Positions 24,258-35,145 of a stretch of 64,000 nucleotides of DNA are shown in pieces. A program made the position numbers and the translations under genes. Source of the DNA: Octopus sinensis (lineage: Eukaryota). Position 1 is the first letter of the stretch; every line of letters begins with the position of its first letter. The notes beneath the pieces are model-generated. The model saw only the letters and a list, made by a program, of their open reading frames with translations. It did not search any database and was not told where the DNA came from. Where the stretch lies: NCBI RefSeq assembly GCF_006345805.1, contig NC_043014.1, forward strand, positions 37,634,001-37,698,000. Direction: 5' to 3'.

Positions 24258-25260
24258 CGAGGTGCGTTCACAAAGTATCCAACTTTATTTTTTCCCGCCA
24301 AAGATAATGATACGTGGGAAAAATCCTTTGGGTGGGGGTGACGCCACCCTTTCTGTGAATGCAGGAAAATTTTTGCGCCGGTGTGTTTCGTCAGTTCCCT
24401 GTTGTTACATCTAGAGTGCGCGCTGGTCGGATTTTCGTTTTCACTCAAGACGATCGAACACATCGAGCAGATACCATAAACCCAAATCTCATCACCAGTG
24501 ATGGTGATCTTCATGAAGTCTGGGTTATGGTTTGCACAATCCAGCATGACCCGTGCAATTTCCATGCGGAGCTGCTTCTGCTGCTCCGCCAACACCTTGT
24601 GGACAAATTTCCCGACACTCTCTGCATGCACAAATCCTCCGTTAAATTGGAATGCACTGATCCTGAACTTTTTCCCACTTTGTGGGAAATAGCTCACTCG
24701 TGAGCAATTTCCTGGATTGTTACGTGACAATCTTCCATGTCTATTCTTATTTCTTTATTGCCCACAAGGGGCTAAACATAGAGGGGACAAACAAGGACAG
24801 ACAAACGGATTATGTGGATTATATCTACCCCAGTGCGTAACTGGTACTTAATTTATCGACCCCGAAAGGATGAAAGGCAAAGTCGACCTCTGCGGAATTT
24901 GAACTCAGAACGTAACGGCAGACGAAATACCGCTAAGCATTTCGCCCGATATGCTAACGTTTTTACCAGCTTGCTGCCTTCAATCTTCCATGTCTATTAG
25001 CCAAATCTTCATAGCCAGCTTCTTGTTTCGACTTGTAGATGGCCTACTTGGGCGTGCTTTGCTCTCCACTGAAGTGCGGCCATGTCTGAAACGGTTGTAC
25101 CACTTCTTGATCTTTGTTTTACCCTTGGCATCATCGCCGAAAGTCTCAGCTTGAATATATAACCGAACTTTTGGCAAAAATTTGATGCAATGTCTCTGCT
25201 CGATGCGTTCGGTGAAATTGAAAATCTGACGAGCGCACACTACATGTCTGTACTCAAAGC
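24258..25260 (-). pseudogene. Internally deleted mariner relic with one TIR
   Basis: TA-CGAGGTGCGTTCACAAAGT terminus; EQRHCIKF, KKWYNRFRHGRTSVES.ARPSRPSTS, EQQKQLRMEIA, ITGDEIWVYG; split by a SINE. Confidence 0.85.
24746..24980 (-). mobile_element. Family B SINE, Tx1-tailed subfamily, with 18-bp TSD
   Basis: TSD CAATCTTCCATGTCTATT at 24728-24745 and 24981-24998. Confidence 0.92.
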
Positions 25261-25659
25261 GTAACAAAAAGGAAATGACGCGGTTTACCGGGATTAAAAT
25301 TTTCACGTATGCTCTGGAAGGATGACATCACTTCCCACGCAAAGAATTTTACTCTCGCGGCATTATTGGTTAGGACGTTGCACTCATGATCGCGAAATTT
25401 TGGTTTTAGTTCCTGGACCGAGAGTTGCGTTGTGTTCTTGAGCAAAGCACTTCATCTCACGTTGCTCTGCGACCACTTCGACACCTAACGTGTGGTACAC
25501 TGTGCACCTGTGTTCAGGTAACGTCGATTTGATGGAGGGAGTAAGCTAATGTACTGCACATACATTTGATCTCTATAAACAAATCATTCGTGCAGGTTGT
25601 TCTGCAAGGAATTGCAGAGCTGTCTTACTCAGTACTCAGACGACAAGAAACTACTGTCA

Positions 25660-25850
25660 TTGTGTATCGTTGGCGATTTCCTTTTCTCCTTCTTCCCTTC
25701 CTTGGACCTTTCCTTTTTCTATGTTTCGGACGAAGAGCTCCGCTCGAAACGTTAAATCCTCCTTTCTTTCCTTTCCTGAGCGTCCAATAACACTATACTT
25801 GTTCCACGTCCTCGCGTTGTTGTATTTTCTCTTTGTTCATGGTTGGATAT
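25660..25850 (+). mobile_element. Penelope-like terminal fragment with near-canonical hammerhead motif
   Basis: TTT-CGGACGA-A-GAGC-TCC-GCTC-GAAA-CGTT-AAA at 25724-25756; related copy on the minus strand near 44565-44640. Confidence 0.55.
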
Positions 25851-26092
25851 ATATATATATATATGTATACACACACAATGAAAAGAAGACAAAGAAAATT
25901 CTTTAAACACATCTTTAATTATAAATTACAAATGTTTCCGTACCATTTCCATATGCAACGCCAGTTTATGCGAAAATTCTAAAAGAAAAATCACGAATAT
26001 CTGTAAAATCACGTAATAATTTTAGGCATTGGAGAAGCACTTCCTCAAACTTGCATCAAAGTCGTGTTAATGTATGTGTGTGTATATATATA

Positions 26093-27486
<1,394 letters not shown>

Positions 27487-27778
27487 ATGCATATAAACAT
27501 GTATGTATGTATGTATGTATGTATGTATGTATGTATGTATGTATGTATGTACGGGCGTGCGTGCGTGTGTATGGCGAAATGGTTGAATTAGAGCGTTGGA
27601 GAAATGGCTTTGCAATGTTTCTTCCGGCTCTTTGCATTTTGATTTCAAATCCAGCCAAGGTCACCTTTTCCTTTCATTCTCTTGGTCTCGATAAAATAAA
27701 GTACCAGTGAAATACTAGTTGGTATCAGTAAAACCGCTTCGTTCAAAATTTCCTTGTTCCTTAATCAGTAACTGAGTT

Positions 27779-27809
<31 letters not shown>

Positions 27810-29098
27810 TGTGTGTGTGGTGTGTGTGTGTGTATATTCAATTTAGGATAAAAGATGCAACAGAAAAACAAATTAGTCGATGGCTTTTGTATTATATTAT
27901 TTATTTCTCTTTGTTAGCCCTAAAATAATATTATCTTTCGCTCAATGTCATCTCTGTCGCGCAATCGGCTTTTAACAGAAGAGTTGATGGCTGAAGCCCA
28001 TCCTGGGGCGAATATAATTTTTTAAAAAATATTTTTTTAACCGTGCTTAGGGTTAGGGTTAGGTTAGGGTCAGACATAATTCGCTCTCACTTGGGTTGCC
28101 CAACAGCGGCCTTGTCTCGTCGCAGTTTACCGAATTTTAGCAAAGGAATCCTTAAATAAATATACAAGAAAAGGGTATTTAATAGTGTGAAACTAGAGAA
28201 TTATTTTGTTCCAAACAAACGAAGTTACCCTTTAACGGCCTGAAATTAGATATTCGGATAAGTGTTCACAACATAGAAAAAAATCTTACGACAACAAGCC
28301 TAAAATAGACTATGATATTTAAATGGCTATGAAAGGGATCTAAGATGTTCAACATATTTTACGCCAAATTTCTTTCTATTTCGTCTTTAGAATAAACCAA
28401 TGTCAACATTGACACGTCGCTAGTCACATGTTGTTGTTTGTAAACAGTTATTCTTTATCGTCATGGAGATGTACTTGCATAGCAAGTGACTTGATCTGAG
28501 ATCGTGTGCTGAAACAAAAACAATTGGTTTTGTCAGTGAGTAGTTCGCGATTTCAAAGCAACAAAAATATTTTGACACAAATTAAATTTAAATGTTGAGG
28601 TAAAACTAACGTTTTTTTTTTGGTGTGTTCTTAAATGGCTTACAAACATCTTCCACGCTTCAATTGTTTACCGCCATGATTTCAGATTATAAACTTCCAC
28701 ATTTACTCCCTTATTTGATACTAAAACTAACGATGAGTCAAACGTAAGAAAATCTATTTTGCTGCAGGACTTGTTTTGCATAGCAACCAAATTTGCTATT
28801 AAATCAGCTTAACCCTTTGACGCCGGTATTACCCGAAGCATTCGAGACAATGCTCCTGTTTTTTTTTCGTTATCTAACGAGGCCACACAAACACACAAGT
28901 GTCAACGAACTTGCGTCTATTTACGTTCACTGTTACAATAACATAGCGTCGTACATTTACGTCTACAGGTTTATGAAAACGAACAGCGGCGAGCTGGCAG
29001 AATCGTTAGCACGCCGGGCAAAATGCTAACAAAGAGGACAGCGTTAACAAAACTGCTGTAAGGCAACAAAAACAAGTGTCTCAAGACACAACAATTAA

Positions 29099-29405
29099 TC
29101 TTTATATATAAAACTAAAGTTGTGTGTGTGTGTGTCTGTCTACTCCGATTTAGATTCCTAACTACTCCCACATTTTGCGGTGCAGTTTAACCAAAAGCGG
29201 GCATTTTATAGTCGTGATTCATATCGAGCCCTTCTGGGTATTAGCGCGCGTCTACGATGAGTCTGCGATTAAAAAAAAAATCTACAATCATTTTTCCGCA
29301 TTTTTAATGATTTTTGCTCGGGTTATATAAGGGAAGTAACTCTCTAAAAATACTTATATAGTTATTTCCCTTACAAACCCGAGCAACGCCGGGCGATACT
29401 GCTAG
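29099..29405 (+). mobile_element. Non-autonomous Helitron (family 1), shorter copy
   Basis: A|TCTTTATATATAAAAC ... CCCGAGCAACGCCGGG-CGATACTG-CTAG|T; inverted relative to 18883-19277. Confidence 0.88.
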
Positions 29406-29544
29406 TAACAAATATAATTCCAATTCAACAATCCTTCACTAACCTCTCGAACGACGCACAAACAAAATTCACGGCCAACTCGGTCACAGATGATTGGAAT
29501 AACGGTGAAATAAAGATCAGTGTTAATTTATTCTTGATTATCGG

Positions 29545-29987
29545 TGAACTCAGAACATAAAGACAGAAGAAAAACATTGTGAATAATATTGTCTTATATA
29601 CGCCATAACGACTGAATAGTTTACAGCTGGAATACCTTTGATAGTCATGGTATATCAGTGATTTCCATGCGGAGCTGCTTCTGCTGCTCCGCCAACACCT
29701 TGTGGACAAATTTCCCGACACTCTCTGCATGCACAAATCCTCCGTTAAATTGGAATGCACTGATCCTGAACTTTTTCCCACTTCGTGGGAAATAGCTCAC
29801 TTCGTGAGCAATTTCCTGGATTGTTACGTGACAATCTTCCATGTCTATTCTTATTTCTTTATTGTCCACAAGGGGCTAAACATAGAGGGGACAAACAAGG
29901 ATAGACAAACGGATTATGTCGATTATATCTACCCCAGTGCGTAACTGGTACTTATTTAATCGACCCCGAAAGGAGGAAAGGCAAAGT
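29545..29987 (+). repeat. Chimeric local duplication of 19901-20019 and 24558-24883
   Basis: Near-identical to both sources, including non-SINE flank and the mariner/SINE junction; fused at a 3-bp ATT microhomology. Confidence 0.88.
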
Positions 29988-30249
29988 TTGGGCAAGTCTA
30001 TGTCTTTATTATCAGACAATTGCAAAAAAAAAATGATTTAAAAATAATTCAAAACTCTTCAAAAATCCAGTCCAAATTCTTCATAGTTCAAACCGTTGCT
30101 TACTTTTTACTCAACTTAATATATACATGCGATGCTGTTTTTGTTTATACTTACGAAAATTGTTGCAACAGATCATTTAATGCAGACGTGCGCACGCGCA
30201 CGTGTGTGTGTATGTGTGTGTGTGTTGATCCCTGACTTGTTGCTACCTT

Positions 30250-31200
30250 TGTATTGTAATTTGGGGAAGTGGTCAATACAAGGAAGGGAGGGGCAATATG
30301 CGGTCAGGAAGGTTCAGAATGGACTAACAAGTCCCAATTATCTTCGAAAATCACAGAGCCATAGCAGAGCTGTACCCCGCCGTCGGCCCTGACGAAAAGC
30401 ATGAAATAAATGGTGGAAGGCAAAAAGTACAATTGTTATACTTGTGGACACATGAATCATTTGAAAGCTTTTCGCTCTGAAAATCTGGAGAAAATAAAAA
30501 GTAATGAAAGCAACAGAGAAAACAACTGCAGACTTCAGTCTTCGGTACATCACATGTCCTAGTTCTGTAATTTGCAGTGCCAGGACCTAACCAAAAATAA
30601 CCGAAGAACCTCCTCCTCTTGCTATAGCCAAAAGGAACAGCGAGAGGAGAGGGAAGAGGAGAATAATCAACAGCAACATCGGTAAGCAGCACTGTTTCCA
30701 ACTCTGCAAGGGTCTGGAGAAACCGTCTTGTTCTCAGTTCCAGAACCCAATGAACGGAAGCCCTCCCGTCTCCCGACCAAATATATTACGCTATCGTCTT
30801 GTGACAATGGGGTCGTAATGGAAACCACAGAGGAAGTGAAAACTACCGGGAAAAAAAAAGAGAAGGAAAAGCAAGCTCGACGTAAAGGCGTATAAAACGC
30901 AATAAAAGGACGCCAGCGACGACGACAGCATGAATTTCACAGTCGTTCGAAAAATGAACCAGTAATTTGTAAATGAACTAATGTTTATGTGGTACAAAGG
31001 ATATAGCCTTAGCGCACTAATTATCAAAAATCAAGTAGAGCCGGAATACAGGAGACACGCCAGTTGTAGAATGTTGGTAAAAGCAATATCTGAACGTTAT
31101 CAATAGCTAAAGTAGGAGTATCCGGAAAACGTAGAGTGTTTTAATTGTTTCTTCCCACGCAAAGGATGTTAACAGGCACTTTTGGGTGCACTAAATCCTA
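30250..31200 (+). pseudogene. Degenerate L1/Tx1-type ORF1 (gag-like) relic
   Basis: VEGKKYNCYTCGHMNHLKAF(R) at 30413-30475 is a Cx2Cx4Hx4C knuckle with the last Cys read as CGC; stops and frameshifts around it; boundaries uncertain. Confidence 0.6.
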
Positions 31201-31317
31201 CTATAAACGTGAGCTGGTTGGCATTGTACTCTGATCGAACTTAATAAAAACAAGAAGTTAAGCATATGAATGTAAAGAGCAGCTGCACAGTGGTTCGTCA
31301 TACCTAATGTAATATAT

Positions 31318-31906
31318 TATTTCTTTATTGCCCACAAGGGGCTAAAAATAGAGGGGACAAACAAGGACAGACAAACGGATTAAGTCGATTACATCGACCC
31401 CAGTGCGTAACTGGTACTTAATCTATCGACCCCGAAAGGATGAAAGGCAAAGTTGACCTCGGCGGAACTCAGAACGTAACGGCAGACGAAATACCTCTTT
31501 CTATTTCTTTACTACCCACAAGGGGCTAAACACAGAGAGGACAAACAAGGACAGACAAACGGATTAAGTCGATTATATCGACCCCAGTGCGTAACTGGTA
31601 CTTATTTAATCGACCCCGAAAGGATGAAAGCCAAAGCCGACCACGGCGGAATTTGAACTCAGAACGTAATGGCAGACGAAATACCTATTTCTTTACTCCC
31701 CACTAGGGGCTAAATACAGAGGGGACAAACTAGGGCAGAAAAACGGATTAAGTCGATTATATCGACCCCAGTGCGTAACTGGTACTTATTTAATCGACCC
31801 CGAAAGGACGAAAGGCAAAGTCGACCTCGGCGGAATTTGAACTCAGACTAAATACCGCAAAGCATTTCGCCCGGCGTGCTAACGTTTCTGCCAGCTCGCC
31901 GTCTTG
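31318..31906 (-). mobile_element. Head-to-tail trimer of the Tx1-tailed family B SINE
   Basis: Three bodies, one head, junctions after 31494 and 31684; one 15-bp TSD CCTAATGTAATATAT at 31303 and 31907. Confidence 0.92.
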
Positions 31907-32415
31907 CCTAATGTAATATATAGGCATAAGCGCAATCAGCTATGCCTATATATAAGAAGTTCGCTTCGCAACCACATGGATTGGGGTTCGATAACACAGT
32001 GCAGCACTCTGGGCTTGTATCATCTACTCTAGCTTCAAGATGACCAATACCTTGTGAGCGGAAACTGGTTTTCAGAAACTGTGCAGATGTGTGTCGTGTT
32101 TGAATCGTGTGCGTGTGTGTATGTGCGAGCGAACGAGTGTGCACGCACGCACGCACATCTATGTGTACAGACGTTGAATTGCGTCGAAGAAATAAGAAAT
32201 GAGTGCTCAATATATGCTGTAGAGTATACGGTTTATTTAAACTCGTGACTCAAATTTCACGTCGCTGCGATCTTCAGGAGTAAACTCTTACAACTTGGTG
32301 TGGTGATTTATTGATATCTGTTGATGTGGATGTGGTTTCTTATTCGCACCTATTCATTGGTTTGTTTGTTTTTTCGTCTGTTGGTTGACTGTTGTTTTGT
32401 GTCGCTTGATTGGCT

Positions 32416-32617
32416 ATCATCATCATCATCATCATTATTGCCTTTGCACAGCTTCTAACACTGGAGATGTACTACAGTATCAGCTGTTCACTACCAGTGA
32501 ACTAAGGTAACACCTCTTATTTTTCGAGCACCTTCCGGAGTATTCGAGCGGTTCCAAGCAGTGCTGTTTTCTGCAAGTGCTCCACCCTTATTGTAGCCCC
32601 TATTTGTTCTACGTACT
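32416..32617 (-). mobile_element. 3' end of an R4/Dong-type LINE (ORF end, 3' UTR, AAT/GAT tail)
   Basis: YVEQIGATIRVEHLQKTALLGTARILRKVLEK-stop; embedded in an (AAT)n/(GAT)n array. Confidence 0.8.
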
Positions 32618-32644
32618 ATTATTGTTATAAATTATTATTATTAA

Positions 32645-32684
<40 letters not shown>

Positions 32685-33186
32685 GAGTGAGAGAGCAGTG
32701 CATGCTATCAAAGTGACACTGGGGTAAAATATACGAAGCCCAGTATACCCATCATGACTACCCATCTGATAAGGGTACACCAGGCACATGCATCACAACC
32801 ATATGTGCGCGACATGGTGATCTCATATCAAGATAAACAGCACATGACCTTGCAGGTGGGGCCCAGTTAGAATTTTCTTCAGGTTGAGTAGCCAACCTCT
32901 AAGAATTCCTTTCAACACACGGCTATGATGCTCCCCAACTACTTCTACTTGTGATCAGAGATGCACATATCGTCAGTCACTAAGGGACATGCTCAACTGG
33001 TTATGGTCAAACAACTGATAAGCAAATCTGTGGTATTGAGCAGAATATTTGCTGTAGCCCATCTTATCAAGATAAAACAATGTACATGATAACACATTCC
33101 AATCAGTTAAGATCAGCCGCCATGAGAGCCACTGCCTGGTACTACATCAGGACAAATGAGAGCAACTGCCAGGTACTGCATCAGGG
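32685..33186 (-). mobile_element. ~540-bp AAT-associated non-coding element, copy 1
   Basis: Reverse complement of 63454-63994 with an internal deletion and a ~30-bp terminal duplication; followed by (AAT)n. Confidence 0.88.
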
Positions 33187-35145
33187 GGCTTTGATCAACT
33201 TGGATCAGAGTAAAGCCTTCGATAGGGTCGACCATCGGTACCTGGCAGCTGTCCTCAAGGCAGCCGGCTTCGGTCCAGTCTTCCGCGGGTGGATCGCTGC
33301 TTTATACAGCAACATCTGCTCGGTGATACGGGTGAACGGTCACCTTTCGGAACCGTTCGACATCTCGCGTTCGGTCCGCCAAGGATGCCCTCTCTCCTCC
33401 CTCTTGTACATTTTGACTCTCGAGCCATTACTGCGCAAGTTGGAGGCTTTGAGGGGCATCCCGCGCGATCTAGGAGGCGGAAACAGCGTGTCTGCTTATG
33501 CCGACGACGTCACCGTGGTGGTGTCGAGCCACAGGCACATTGGCCTGATTGGCGAGACGCTAAACCAGTACGAAGCGGTGACAGGGGCAAAGATTAACGC
33601 GGAAAAGTCTGTGGGCTTGCAACTGGCACCTGGAGAGGCAAGCCCATGCCGTCCAACAGCGTCGTAGGGCGCTGGACAGACGGACCCGTTAAACTGCTCG
33701 GGGTCTGGTTCGGTCCGGACCTCCAGGTGGATAAGAACTGGGAAGAGGTGACGAGCAGGGTGGCACGTCTCACCCAGAAATGGGCCGAGAGGAAGCTGTC
33801 CCTGAAAGGTCGAGCGGAGGTGGCGAATGCGTACATCGCATCCGTCATCTATTACCGCTTGACCGTCGTCCCTTGTCCCGACCGCTGGTTGGCCAAGCTG
33901 GTACGCCTGCTCTTCGACTTTTTGTGGAAGGGTCAGGTGCCACTGGTCAGGCGATCCATCTGCTGTCAACGACCGCTGAACGGAGGCCTTGGAATGCCGT
34001 GGTTGCTGTTGCGCAGACATGCGCTCAGGCTGCGGCATCTCAAGCGCTTCCTAGACGGTGAACAGGTGTGGTCGTCTTTTGTCAGACGCGATTTTCCGCA
34101 GCTCGTCTCTTTGACGGAGCTGCAGACCTGGATCAAACGTAGACCGAGAAAGGGCGCTTGGCACCTCGAGTGCCGTCAAGCCCTCTCCGCCCTCCACCAG
34201 GCGGGCAATGCGGTCGGTTACAGCTCCACTCTAGCGTTCTATAGAGGGTTAGTGGAGGAAAAATGCGACGACGTTCTCGGGGAAACTCTAGGCGTTGAAG
34301 ACGACGAACTGAGCGGTCTGTTCGGAGGACTTTCGGGCCGGGGCCGATGGATAATTTCCAGAGGTCTCTCGCCTGGCAGTGCTACCGAGGGGCTCTGCCT
34401 GTTCGAGATAAACTCTACCGGCACGGAAGTGCCGTCAGCCGGGCCTGCCCGAGGTGTTGCCAGGACGACGAAACCGTTCTGCACGCACTCGTCCAGTGCC
34501 CGAGTATTGCTGAAATATGGGTTTATGTCGAACAGCTACTGTCACGTGTAGGACGGATCCGACTATCGGCCGAATCCATAGTGAAGATTGCCCCGCCGTC
34601 CTCCTTTAACAAGGAGGGCGAGGCCGTTTTCTTGTGCCTTGTGGCTGTGGCGAAAGAAGTCGTGTGGTGGACTCGTTTGAAAGGGCTAAAGTCAGACACT
34701 TTCCTCTTTGGTCAAGGCCTCATCAACTTTTTCAAGTTTCACTTGAAAAGGAAGATGAGGTTAGAGAGGAAAGTGCTGTCCGATAGCAAGTTTTATGAAA
34801 GGTGGGTGAATTGTGCGAGACTGGCCTGTATAAATGGACCGTTTCTCAGGTTTCGCCTGTGATTTCAAAGAAAAAGGTAATGTAAAAGGAGAAGAAAGGG
34901 GACTCTCTACACCCCCTTTTTTTTGACCAGGCTCCCGTTGGCTTTTGTAGGGTTTTTTCCACCGGGAACATTTCGAGACGTCTCCCCATTTTGGGAGTTT
35001 TTCATTGTTTTTAATAATCATTGCTTTAAAGTTTTTTACACGGATTTTTTTAACAAACGGACAAAACCCTTTGTAACCTTTCGTCCTGTCTTGTCCCTTT
35101 ATGTAATCATGCGTGTCAGCCCTTGTGGCCAATAAAAAAGAATTG
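33187..35145 (+). mobile_element. 5'-truncated Tx1-clade LINE (RT domain to 3' UTR)
   Basis: LDQSKAFDRVDH, SVRQGCPLS, AYADDVTV, GGLGMP, RACPRCCQDDETVLHAL; two frameshifts; AATAAA at 35131 followed by (ATT)n. Confidence 0.92.

Noticed and set aside
25800-25830. ACG-TCCTCG-CGT resembling an HDV P3/L3
   Set aside because: No following P1 strand plus GG and no P4; part of a Penelope-like terminal repeat.
31318-31906. Regularly spaced direct repeats that superficially resemble a CRISPR array
   Set aside because: Units are ~180-220 bp SINE bodies without unique spacers; eukaryotic context, no cas genes.
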